Source of the DNA: Oikopleura dioica
Lineage: Eukaryota; Animalia; Chordata
Length of the DNA stretch: 64,000 nt
Direction: 5' to 3'
NCBI GenBank assembly: GCA_907165135.1
Contig: OU015568.1
Span: forward strand, 12,896,001 to 12,960,000
The position numbers and the translations under genes are program-made. This document shows positions 14,104-28,473 of this stretch, piece after piece (the first letter of the stretch is position 1; every line of letters begins with the position of its first letter). The notes beneath the pieces were generated by a model. That model was not told where the DNA came from, did not search any database, and was given only the letters and a program-made list of their open reading frames with translations.

Positions 14104-15318
14104 TTAGACTCGGACAACCATTTTTCCGATGTTTTTGCCCTGGAGCATGTCGCAAAATGCTTTCGGTGCATTTTCGAATCCATCGACAACAGTTTCCTCT
14201 GCAACTATCTTGCCTTGTCTGAACAAGCATTTCAAAGAGTAAGAAAAATATTTGCGACTTACAAATACCAGCCGATGAGTTCGCCAAGACAGAGCTCAGT
14301 ATGCTCAATGTGCTCTAGCAAAAGGAACCGTTTCCTTGTGATGTTGTTAGAGTCGACATGTTTTTGGACTTCCTCGCTCAATACATTCGGATACGGAGCG
14401 TCAGGATCGTTGTAGGAAGAGATTTGCCCGCAAAGAACCACGTGAGAGTCTTTGTTCATTCGCCTGATCACGATCTCTGAGGTCTCGCCTCCGACGTTGT
14501 CAAAGTAGCAGTCAACTCCAGTACTTGCGGTGAATTCTTGCACTTTGGCAGCGACATCTTCGGTTTTGTAATTGATTGTGTGGGTGAATCCGCATTTACG
14601 GAGGTACTCACACTTTTCCTCAGTCCCACAAATTCCTTGGAAATTTTTAAAAAACCTTGATTGAAATGATTACCAATGACATTTTTCGCTCCCTTTCGCA
14701 AGGCATACTGTCCGGCTACTGAGCCAGTAGCTCCAGCAGCGCCAGACACAACGACAGTTTGACCTTCTTTTAATGCACCATGAACATGCATTCCGATGGA
14801 GGCAGTCAATCCAGTGACACCGAACAGACCAACGAAGTGATTCTCAAGGCCTGCTAGGCCCTCAATTTTAGGAATTTCCGTTGGTCCTTGAGGAGACGGC
14901 TTACTTTTCAGAGGTTAATAATAACCCGAGAAAATTCTGATTAACAAAATCCTATTTACCACTGCCTGTCATCTAAAACAACATATTCCGCCCATGGCAT
15001 CATTCCGGAAACAAAGGTCCCATTTGGGAATTTTCCACTTCGCGACTGTATCACTTGACCAACTGCAAATCCATCAATGGTCTGTCCAATCTCCCAGCTT
15101 GCCGCGTAGCTTGGCCCGACGGGACGCATTCGCGATCGCATATAAGGATCCACCGAGATCCATGCGAGTTTGACAAGAATGCCTCCTTTAGGAAGTGATT
15201 CATTTGAAAAGCCTCCGTCTGGAAGAGCACATGGGCAGTCGATCTCACGTGTCCCAAAGTCATTTGGGGTCGGCGCGTGATCCGGTCGATTGGCGAGGAA
15301 AATCTCTTTGATTTTCAT
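14104..15318 (-). CDS. PTGR2: Prostaglandin reductase / NADP-dependent MDR oxidoreductase
   Basis: [44 protein letters not shown]-terminus [21 protein letters not shown]. Confidence 0.88.
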
Positions 15319-15642
15319 GACAGTCTAGGGACGGTTCATCCTTATTTCGGGGAGAAACCTCAGTTTAGTAAATCGCTTTCCGGGATGAGTTTTTCGCATC
15401 GAGGTCCTCAATTTCTAGGTCCCCAGGAAGAGCCCTGTACTTTAGTAGGTCCTCTCAGATCCGGCCTTTGCATTGGTCCTCCTTGGTTTCAGTATCATAC
15501 GACAGTAGAATTAATTGTTTTATCGTATATTTAAGAATAGAATTATGGTATGAAAACCATCTCAATAATAACTGAATGAAAATAATAATTGGATTGAAAC
15601 GATGAACAGTTCAGCTTGAATGCATTATGAATTTTTAAACTT

Positions 15643-17819
<2,177 letters not shown>

Positions 17820-18000
17820 TTACTGCGTTCTACCTAGATTTCCAGTGCTTCTTATCTCTAATAGTATTTTCCTTTGATCCGCGGCTCAAATTTTCGCGTC
17901 GCTGCGAAACGCCGTTGGCGCCCAATGGCGTTCGAGAATCCGGGAAAGAATAAACCAAAATCGAAGGTCTCATTTTCGAATCGTCAGAAAATAGAGAAGA
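17820..18000. promoter_or_regulatory. Bidirectional promoter between PHF12 and WRAP73
   Basis: About 180-nt gap between divergent ATGs, with near-palindrome CGCCGTTGG-CGC-CCAATGGCG (17910-17930) containing a CCAAT box. Confidence 0.6.
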
Positions 18001-19565
18001 ATGAAGAGGATTGAGTTTTCCGAGCCGATCTCGATTTCCGGAACTAATGCGAAATTTTCGCCTCTTGGAAAGTATTTGGCATTCGTCTATGCAAACAAGG
18101 TAATTAATTTTTATCAATTACAAATCTTTCTATTTTCGACTAAAGCAATTATTTTTCGTGAAATCGCAAGGGGAATTTTAGATCTGCGTTCTCCAAAGTG
18201 ACAGTCTCCAAACGCTGACCATTCTAACGACCATCGATCAAGTGAAACACTTCGAATGGAGTCCCGACTCGCAACTGATCCTTGCCGTCATGCCCGGGCG
18301 AAACAAACTTCAAGCCTTCGACATTACCGATAGCAAATGGACATGTTCCATCGATGCAGGGCCGCTTGGGTTAGAGTGGGCTACATTTTCGCCAGACTCG
18401 AGGCATATCATTTACGCCAACGAATTTCATTTGATGCTTTCTGTCGTTTCTCTTGTCGACAAATCTGTGAGGACTATTGAGTGGCCGAAAAACCCGGCCG
18501 AGAACTTGAAGTTTACCCCTTGTGGTAGCTTGATGATTGTAGGTAAGTTTTGAATTGCTGTTGATTTATTTGCAAAATTGAATCCATCGTTAAAAACTTA
18601 TGAAGGTGAACGGAAAAACACAAAGCATCAAGACGCGATCTCCGTGATTCGACTATCTGACTGGAAACTCGACGAGCATTTCGAGACGGAAACGCAAGAT
18701 TTCAAATCAATCCAATTAGACCTTACCGGCGGAGCAATCGCCCTTTCTGACCCTCTTCCAGAGCCAAGGGTAACCATCTATTCAATTACTGGGCAGAAAT
18801 ACGCAACAGTTGATTCTGGTTGCAATTCAATTTGCAAATTCTCCCCGACTTCACAGTTTCTCGCGATTGAAAATTCTTTCAAAATTGATATCTTAAACAC
18901 GATTACTTGGACAAAGGTAAAAATTCAATCAAGAGATGCTCCTAAACAGTTCTAAGATTGCTGTGTGCTCCGCGGAAACAAATCCAGCAGAAGTTGTTTA
19001 CGAAGAAACAACCAATGGATTCACTGTCTCAAGGAAACATTTCGACAATTATATCAGTGACGAAGAAGCTCCTAACTTCACACATACCAAGTTCTCTGCA
19101 ACGAATCGCTATCTTTCGACCGTCCAAGTAGGTTTTTCCCGGAAATTCACGGCTCATAGTTTTATAGGGCCAATGCGTTTTGATCTTCAGTGTTGAATTC
19201 ATGCAAACTGTTGTGGGAATTTATTTCAAAGAAAAAGTGAAGGCGATTGAATGGAGCCCAGTCGAGAATCGACTCAGCATCGGAACGAGCAATGGAAACG
19301 TAAGAATTCCCTTGATTTTCGCCGTAAATTGATGTTTTAGCTGTATCTTTGGAGTCCAGGAGGAACAATGCTGGTAAAAGTGCCCCACCACGGCATCAAC
19401 ACAAAGAAACTCATGTGGAATCAAACTGGCGAGAGCTGCATAATCTACTCCAAGGACAAATGCTCGATTGCCTTTTTTGATGGCGATGAGAAAGAAAAAT
19501 CGGCAAAGATGGCGACTCCTGAGCCACTTGGAAAGGCAAACTTGAACATTATCAACCGAGCTTGA
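18001..19565 (+). CDS. WRAP73: WD repeat protein WRAP73/WDR8
   Basis: FSPLGKYLA, EWSPDSQLIL, WTCSIDAGPLGLEWATFSPDSRHII, EWSPVENRLSIGT...LYLWSPGG; reading frame is consistent across GT-AG introns. Confidence 0.9.
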
Positions 19566-19740
19566 AGTGTTAGTTATTTGTATTCAACTGCCAGTTTATC
19601 GTTTTACTTTTTTATTCCAGTCTTCTTCACATTCCCACACTCAAAGATTTTATTATAAATCCAAAATGATATTTCATGTTTTTTTCTAGAACAGGCGTAT
19701 TGCTCTTCGTTGTTTTCGTCGATTCCATTCAGTTGCGAAA

Positions 19741-22167
19741 ATGACTCAGGACGGGAAGTCTCAGAAGCGTCAGTCTATCGACAAAGAGCACAAAGTGAAG
19801 AAGGAGCCCGAGATTGTACTCTCAGACTCCTCGTCCGACTCAGAAGAAGAGGAAGACTCCAATGATCGTCGCCAGGACCAGGTAGGGCTGAGGAATTGTC
19901 CTTTTTTTCTACTGAAATCAGCCAAGACTAACACTAAATTTTCAACAGTTCAGGAATATTTTCGTAGCGGTAAATAAAGCTTCTGTAGTGCACAGAGTGA
20001 ACACGTGAACACATTACTGAATATTCGAAATTCTTGAAGCAAGAATTCACCACCATCATCGCACGAAAAAAAATCATAATCTTTACGCTTTCTACTTTCT
20101 TTTCTCGTACTAAATTGTCTTTAGGGAACCGACTTGCCTGCCGAATATTGGCAAATACAGAAACTCGTCAAATATCTGAAATGGGGCAACCAAACGGCCA
20201 CGGTCATTGCTTTGTGTGCGATGCTGGACTTTAACCTCTCTTCTGGTTAGTATTTTTTTCATTGCTTTATGCTAACGTTCTTTTCAGAAACCTGTCAAAT
20301 CGCCATCCGTGAAGTCGGTGGTTTGGAAGTGTTAATTAACTTGCTGGACACGGATGAAGTGAAATGCAAAATCGGTGCGCTCAAGATTTTGAAGCAGATC
20401 TCGATGAACGCGAGCATCCGCCGCTCCATCGCTGATTTGGGCGGCCTGCAGACCATGGTCGCCATTCTCGACAATCCAAACAACAATCAACTAAGATGCC
20501 TCGCTGCTGAAACTATCGCAAATGTTGCCAGATTTAAGAGATCTAGGAGAACCGTCAGACAATATGGCGGTATTGAAAAGCTTGTATCCCTTCTCAAAGG
20601 CGCTAAGGTACTGTTTCAAGCTTCGTAAAAATTCTAATGATTCTCAGGGACAAGAAGCCGACCGAAACTTGGCCAGATCCGGCGCCCTCGCTCTTTGGAG
20701 TTGCAGTAAAAGTAACAAGAACAAAGCAGCGATTATGAAAGCCGGCGCCATCCCACTTTTGGCGAATCTGTTGAAGATCGAAGGCGAAGATAAATTCTCC
20801 ACCCTCGTGCCCGTTGTTGGAACCCTTCAGGAGTGCGCAAGCGAGCCCGCGTACAGAGCCGCTATTCGAAAATCCGGCATGGTCCAGGACTTAGTTACAA
20901 ACCTCAACTGCGACAATCAAGAGCTTCAGATGCACTGCGCTTCTGGTAAGACTTTTAAATCCTCCATGATTTCAGCTGATTTTCAGCGATTTTCAAATGC
21001 GCCGAAGACGAAGATACGCGTCAGATGGTCGCCACATACAAAGGAATCGAACCTTTAGTCAATCTATTGCAGAGCGTGGACAATCAGCCACTCCTTGCTG
21101 CCGCCACTGGCGCCATTTGGAAATGCGCTGTATCACCCAAAAATGTTAAAGCTTTCCAGGTATTCAAAGGTCAAAAATAGAAAAGAGCTCATGAATCTTT
21201 CAGGAACTGAAAACAGTCGAGCAACTTGTAAGCTTGTTGGAGAACCAGCCGGAAGAAGTCCTCGTCAACGTTGTTGGTGCTCTCGCTGAATGCGCTCAGG
21301 TCCCTGCTATCCGGACAACCATCCGAAAGTCAGGTGGAATCCCCCCACTCGTTGACCTTCTCACTGGAACGAATCAACTCCTCCTCGTTAACGTCACCAA
21401 GGCTGTCGGAGCTTGCGCACTCGAAAAAGAAAGCATGGAACAGATCGACAAGAAAGACGGTGTTCGACTTCTCTGGTCTCTTCTCAAGAACACGAACCCC
21501 GAAGTACAGGCTTCTGCGGCTTGGGCGATCTGCCCCTGCATCGAAAACGCACGAGACGCTGGTGAAATGGTCAGAAGTTTTGTTGGCGGTCTCGAGCTTA
21601 TTGTTTCACTTCTCAAGTCTGAACAAACAGAAGTGCTCAGGTAAGATAGTTTTAGAAAGATTCGAAAGCTTATAAAATCATAGCTCTGTTTGCGCTGCTA
21701 TCGCCAACATTGCCAGAGACGAAGAAAACTTGGCCGTCATTACCGACCACGGAGTCGTTCCTACCCTCGCTCAACTGACCAATACTCAAAACGATCGCCT
21801 CCGACGACATCTCGCCGAGGCCATCGCTCGATGCTGCGCTTGGGGCAACAACAGAACTGCCTTCGGACGAGAGGGTGCCGTCGCTCCACTTGTCAAGTAT
21901 CTTCAAAGTGAAAATCCTCTGGTGCACCAGGCTACTGCTCAAGCTTTGCATCAGCTCTCTGAGGATCCCGACAACTGCCAGACTATGCACATGGTCGGCG
22001 TTGTAAACGTAAGCAGTCTATTTTCTTTCAATGGAATATAAGATTTCTTTTAGCTTCTAATGAAAATGGTTGGCAGCTCAGACGAAATCCTGCAAGAAGC
22101 CGCAGCTGGCTGCATCATGAACATCCGCCACTTAGCACAAGCAAACGAGAAGAAGAAAAACTTCTAA
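19741..22167 (+). CDS. ODAD2: Outer dynein arm docking ARM-repeat protein (ARMC4), N-terminally short
   Basis: [70 protein letters not shown], and ARM repeats running to [13 protein letters not shown]. Confidence 0.95.
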
Positions 22168-22327
22168 CTCAAAAATACCCTTATCTACTCACTGAAGCTC
22201 TATTTTTATACTTTTGAGATTAATATATTTTCAATATTCAAACAAATCACGATTTACGATCTCTTCTGTGATTTCGTAAACAAACGTTTTTTTTTCATCG
22301 GCAGTCAAAATAATATTCAGCAGGAAT

Positions 22328-24242
22328 TTATACAAGAAGCATACAAAACAAAATTGCGAAAGATAATGTCATTGACAGAGAAGAGGACGGATCTGGATCG
22401 TGCCAGGAGGCCTTTGGTTGCCCAGTTTCGGCGTCACAGATATCGTCAGGGCGATACTTCTTGATTTGCTTTTTGCAGAAAGCATCGGTTTCTGGCTTGC
22501 TGACGCGGCCATTGCATGAAAATGTTGCATCAGTCGGACCGATGCAGACAGAGGTAGGTTCTTGCAGAAGACACCCTGCTGGGTTTTCGAGGACAATGCT
22601 GGTTGTGTTTATTACACCTCGAAAGCTCTAAAATAACTTGAAGTTTGGTTATTTTAAAAACGGACCCACCGGAATATCACAGATGCAGGGCATGTTTGCT
22701 TGTTTTAGGTCAAGAGCTTGTAAATGAGGGAGTCTGCTCATTTGGAAGAAAAAGGCATCACACAAAACAAGCTGATTCTCGTTTAGCCTAAACTGCTTCA
22801 AGTTTTGCATGTTGTCACCAATCATCGTTTCGTTTCCAACATTCGTTAAAACATTGTGGCTGAGATCAAGATATTGAACGTTTCGAAGGAAAAAGTATCC
22901 TTGGAAGGATTTGATGAGATTGTGGCCGAGTTTGAGGTTCGTGAGACTCTTCAAATCCCTTGCAAACGAGTTTAAAGAAAATATTTACATTTGGGAAACC
23001 TGAAGAAATTTCCATCGACCCATTGAATTTTGTTATGTGAGAGGTCAAGTTCAGTTACACGGTCAAGGCGTCGTAGAGGACTGATGTAGTTCCCTACAGT
23101 ATCGATCCCTTGTAGTTTTTCGAAGGCATTATAGCTGAGGTCGATAGACTCGAGATAATTACAGGCGGAAACGTCCGGAACTTCCGGGAGATTATTGACA
23201 GCCATGGTGATTTTGACTTAATTAGATAATCCATCGAAGAATTTTTTAAACTCTTACCTAGTTGCGCGAATTGAGAGACCATCATCCCCATCCTTTATTA
23301 ATTTATCAAACTTCATATAATATATATTATTTGATTGAAATATATTCGAATAATCAAGTCGCTTACTTTTTTGAATCGTAAAGTTTATTGAATGAAAGGT
23401 TGATCTCACTAAGCGAGCCGAGCCACTGGAACGCTTCGTCCGGAATAAAAGTCAAGTTGTTGTGAGAAAGGTCGAGAATCCGCAAGCTGCCAAGGCCAAG
23501 GAAAGAATTTCCGTGGATTTCGTTAATTTTCATCGATGTCAGCGATAATTTATACATGCTGCCGCAGTACTTAATAAATTATTTATAGTTTGCGATGATA
23601 ATAAACACAATTTTCAGGCGAGACTTATTTTCAGGCCAGACTTGGTTTTTAATAAAAATACCTGGAACGCCTTGTCTCCAATTGACCGACCCTCGCCATC
23701 TGCGATGGTCATTTCTCTGAGATTATTGCTAGGAACAGTTTGTTCAGTAGCAATTCCAGTTGGAAATCGAAAGCCAGCCACCGTCATCGTAGAAGCTTGT
23801 TGCCAGACATCATTGCTAAATGCTTTCCAGCCCATAAACATGGGCAAGGAGATGGATGAGGTGAAATTGACTTGAGGAGTTTCGCATATCAAAATTTAGA
23901 GTTCAAAAATTATAATTTTGAATCCTTTTTAACCGTCATTTTTCAGTGAAGCCTTTAAGATACGGACAACTTAGGGGCCACTTCAATTTCATTAATCTCA
24001 TACGACGTTAAATTTTATCTCGGCTTAGCGCTTATCTGAAATAATCTTTCGCTGCGACAAATCGTTAGTATGCAGCGTAATAATTTTTCTTCGGCGCTTC
24101 TAAGACTCTCTTTTTATTTTTGAACTCTTATCAGATCGTGTCCTCTGCATCCACAGAAAGTCGGAAGATCGGTTAACGTATCACAAGCATAAACAACACT
24201 GGCTGACAATAGACAAAGTCGAATAAATGAAAAATTGATCAT
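22328..24242 (-). CDS. Secreted, probably GPI-anchored leucine-rich-repeat protein
   Basis: Signal peptide MINFSFIRLCLLSASVVYA, LRRNT-like FCGCRGHDL|IC, repeated LxxLDLSHNxL units, Cys-rich C-cap, hydrophobic tail SLSMTLSFAILFCMLLV*. The first intron is non-canonical (see findings). Confidence 0.82.
23892..24128. mobile_element. MITE-like insertion occupying intron 1 of the LRR gene
   Basis: 13-bp perfect inverted repeat AGAGTTCAAAAAT (23898-23910) / ATTTTTGAACTCT (24116-24128), flanked by direct repeat TATCA (23887-23891 and 24129-24133). Confidence 0.5.
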
Positions 24243-24578
24243 GTGTTCCGCGCCGGAAAGGCATGAAAGGAGTTTGCGCCGATAACGACTCTGACAAAGG
24301 GAGATTCTAGCGCCTGTCGAGTTCCAAGCGGATTGGAGAGATTCTCTCAGAGCCCGCCGCGGGGCAATCTCAAGAATTCAGTACTATTTTCTTTGATGAA
24401 TATTATCGGGGGCGTAACGACTGTCACTTGCCAAGAGAAAATTTGCATATTTAATTGTCAATTCAATGCTGAAAGCTTCAGATTATGAATTAGAAAGAAA
24501 TCGACCTAGTTTATGTTTTATGCATTTTATTAGTGTGAAATTCTCAGTTTTTATCTCCGCAAAAATAAGTCAGTGAAA

Positions 24579-26024
24579 TCAGTAATATCGGTGAGCGAGC
24601 ATAATAGCGAATTCGCTCATTTCGGCCTTTGAGAAGCTATTCTTGTTGTTGTCGAAGTTGGCGTGAGAGCTGATCTCGTGGAAGCTGTTCATGTCCACAT
24701 TGAAGAGATATCGCAGGTTGTAGTACATGTCGAAGATCTCGGAGTGCTCAAGAACGTCTGAATAATTTCATTATCAGCTCCTAAGTTTTGTGATTTCTCA
24801 CCGTTGTGATCGGAATCGAAGATGTCGACGAGTGTGCTGCCGATGTTGGCATAGAAACCGGCAAAAGCCTGTTTGAATTCATCTTTGTCGAGGAGTTTGT
24901 CGTTGTTCTTGTCGAACTTGGCGAACTCATTGCTGATGAATCGGGGTGCGAATTTCGTGACTAAATATGAACCATGAAGATTTTTGGAGTTTCTCGAAAT
25001 TTTCAAATTTGATTTTGGTAAATGTAATCAAATCAAGACACAACATACATATGTACATATAAATATATGTACATATAATGTACATACAGAAGCTCGCATC
25101 TCTCCAGTGGCAGAAGTACATCATGTCTTGATCGATAGTCTTGCCATTGGCGCACTCGCGGAACGTCCTGGTGATCTCTTTGTCCCACTTTCCGTTCCAC
25201 TAAAATCATTATAATTTGAGAATAAAATTATCAAAAAGAAACTAACGGAAGAGAAGAGGCGCTCAGAGTTGTCAGATCGTCCGCTGTTCATCCAAAAATT
25301 GCTTTCGGTGACTTGATAGAGTTTGGACATGTCAGGATCGTGGTGAAATGAATCATGCTCATGCATTTCGTTGTTTCGGAAGTGATTGTCCCCTCGGTAC
25401 TGGTTTCTATTGAAATAAGAATCGCCCTGGTAATATTTGTTCTTGGGTCGGTAGCTGTCGTAATCCCGGTCGAAGTGGTTGAAAGAGTGTCGATCGTTGT
25501 ATCGCTTGAAATCGTTGAATCGGTACTTGTCAAATCCATATTGGTCCCGATCGTAAGAATGATCTCTTCTATGTTGATGGTGATCGTCGCTGTACTTCTG
25601 ATAAAACTTGGGGGAGTAGAAATCCGTCCGGTAGTCATCGTAGTGACGATTGCCAGAATATCTGTTGTTGTACGCATCCTTGTTCATTGGACCGTAGAAA
25701 TATCGGTCGCTGGAGTGTCGGTCGTTTTGGTAGTCCATTCGGTAGTCATCAAAATGACCGCCGTTGGAGTACCCGTAGCCGTTATTTCTATTGGAGTAGA
25801 AGCTTTTGTTCATCGGTCCGTAGAAGGGGCGATCGTTTGAGTATCTGTCATTTTGTCGCCACTATAAAAATAATTTATAATTCGCAAACAATTTATTTAA
25901 GCAGTTTTACCTGTCGATCGTAATCTTGGTCATAGATCTGTCGGTGATGATCAAATTGTCTATCAAAATCGTAGTATCGCTCGGCAACGCTAGCCCCAAT
26001 TAATCCTGCCGCTAAAAGCTTCAT
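24579..26024 (-). CDS. Secreted protein A: D/R/Y/H/N low-complexity domain + two EF-hands; 5 exons
   Basis: Signal MKLLAAGLIGASVA, about 210 aa aromatic/charged low-complexity region, WNGKWD...C...CHW module, EF loops DKNNDKLLDKDE and DSDHNDVLEHSE; all introns GT-AG. Confidence 0.88.
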
Positions 26025-26149
26025 TTTCAAATTTTGACCCTTTTTCGACTTTGTCAGATCAAGTGGGGGAATGGAACGATGGTAGCGCGACTTTATTCAG
26101 CAGCTTTTTACTGAACTCAACACGAGGTCAGAAAATTGCAAACATTATT

Positions 26150-26260
26150 CGTAAGAAAACTTGAAATGGACTTGAAGTGTACTCGCAATGACCTGCAAAT
26201 AATAAGCGTAAGAAAACTTCAAGTGCACTGCACTCGTGATGACCCAATAACTGCGTAAAC
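26150..26260 (+). repeat. Degenerate ~57-bp tandem duplication
   Basis: CGTAAGAAAACTT at 26150 and 26207, each followed by a similar ACTCG..ATGACC. Confidence 0.45.
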
Positions 26261-26716
26261 CTGGAATAAGAATAGGATTTCTATAATAGAAATTTTCTAT
26301 AATTTCTATGATTTCTATAATTTATGGTAGAAAGTTTATCATAGTTTTTTTTGAAGAATGTTGATAATATGAAATTTTTTGCCCCTTCCATAAAAAAATG
26401 CGACTTTTGAGACAATATGTTTTTTTTTTAATTTTTTATTATAGTTTTCAGTGATAACATGATTAACCAGTGTTTTCGATAAAAAGAGCTGTCAGTAGTC
26501 GAGAGTACTCCAATAAGATAAATTTCCAGTATTTTTCAGTGGTAACAGTTTTTCAATAAGATTGTGAGGGTAAGAATGAGATAAAGGAAAATTAACTCTT
26601 TGAGTTAAACTAAGCGAGGACACTTTATGAAAATTCCTAATAAAAAAGAGAATCTAAAGAGAAAAAAACGATGAGGAAGGAGAAGTAATCCCTAAAATGG
26701 TTGTTCGCGTCGAGTA

Positions 26717-27443
26717 TTAGTGATTTCTTCGAGATCGACGCTTGCTTTCTGCTCCTCGGGAATCTTCCAAATTGTCTGGGCCGGGCCGTTGCTTGATGAT
26801 GAACTTCTGGGTTCCTAAAAACAATGTTATTAATAAATCAACTTGATAAATATGATCTGAATTACCTCCGTATTGGAAGAGTTTGGCGGCGGTAACCTTG
26901 AGCCAGCGACGGTCCGGTTCGGAAGGGAAGAAGACGGAGTGGTCCTTGTTGACTTCATCGACGAAGAGTTTCGTCATCCATTTTTTGCTTCGTCCGTAGC
27001 CAGTCGTCTTGATTTTGCTCATCTGATGGATTTTCTCCTTGGTAACAACGCCTAGCTTCATAAGCTTTTTTTCGGCATCAACAAAGGAAAGTTCCATTCT
27101 TTCTCTTGGAGAATCGTCTTTGCTTTCAGGCTTCTCCGGGAAGCTGCCGAAGCCTATAATAATCCAATTAGTCCCGTTTTTCATGATAATGAGTTATTTA
27201 AATAAATATGTTGAATAATAGTGAGTTCTAATTACCGTATCGGAAGAGCTGCCTTGCCTCATGCTCGAGTCGGGTAGGATCTGGCTCGACAGAGAAGAAT
27301 TTGGAATAGTCTCTCTTCACTGCATCGACGAAGATTGTAGCCATATGCCGAAATCCTTTGCTTTTTGTCCTTTCAATTTGCTCTCTGGTCATTCTTCCGG
27401 CTTTGATAAGCCTTTCTTCAGCCCCAGCCTCGGAGAGATTCAT
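26717..27443 (-). CDS. Orphan protein with two tandem ~70-aa repeats; 3 exons
   Basis: Exon 1 LSEAGAEERLIKAGRMTREQI...FVDAVKRDYSKFFSVEPD...ARQLFRYG and exon 2 LSFVDAEKKLMKLGVVTKEKI...FVDEVNKDHSVFFPSEPD...AAKLFQYG; both are followed by phase-1 GTAATT introns. The start may lie upstream. Confidence 0.7.
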
Positions 27444-28473
27444 TACTGTCGTTAGTAGCTTTGAGAAGTTTTTTCTGAAAAAGTCAAGTCGGCGACTGGT
27501 TGAACTAGCCGGGTCAGGCTGGTCTTATAGGTTTCCAAATCTAGAGAATTTCATGAAGCGCGCCCACGAGTGAGCAACATGCGAATGGTTTGTTCTAGAA
27601 CGGGTGATAGATCCAGAGTCAACGCGCACGCTATTTTTAGGTTTCGCGCTAATCTGAGCGCGGCACTAACAGCGCCATCAAAGCGCTCTCAAAATGGTTA
27701 GTAAAAAAATGCGCGAAGATTTTTGCGTTTGAATTTCTACTAACTCGTCCTTCCTAACAAACGACAAACGTCATACCGACAAACTATTTGTTTCCCGCCA
27801 AAATCAAGAATACCGTTGCAAAAATTGAGCTTTTGCATCCCGAATAATCAAAATGATTCTTTTGCATTCCGAAATTTCAAAAATCGTTCATCTTACTGAA
27901 AGGAATGATTTGCGATCGATATCCCAGATATCCCTTAGCTGTTCATGCCCTTTATAAGTGACCCATGATTCTGTAAAAATCATTCGAAATAATTTATTTC
28001 AAATAATTTTATTTCAAATAAACCAAAAGACTCAGATTTAGTCAGAGTTTTTGTCAGAGTCTCGGTTGATTACGTATCATTAGTAATACAGTATTAGTAA
28101 TACTGTATTACATTGAGTTTATTAAACTCAAATGGTAATTTATTTCGAACAAGAAATCGAATAATATTGGGGATAATCCTCACACATTGAAGTAATAGAT
28201 AAATTATCTAAGATAATCCTTTGAATTTTTATGCACAAATTGCGCCGAATTCGTTCAATCCTTTGGCAAATGAACTTGAGAAAAGGTCAATGCTACATGA
28301 GTTCAATAATTTGAACTCGTGGAAACGAATGAGAATATTTGAATAAGCGAGAACTTGTAACGATTGTAACTGAACTCGTTGTTGACCTCAGATAATCCGA
28401 AGAAACGAGGGCGTATAAAACTGCACTGCCTGTTCTTGCTTCTCCACTTGAAAATCGAGCAAGTCGAAAAAAG

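Noticed and set aside
15400-15485. Four GGTCC(T/C)C motifs upstream of PTGR2
   Set aside because: Short and irregularly spaced; not a repeat array, and chance cannot be excluded.
20176-20182. ODAD2 YLKWGNQT where YLKGGNQT is expected
   Set aside because: A single-base difference; substitution, polymorphism and error cannot be distinguished.
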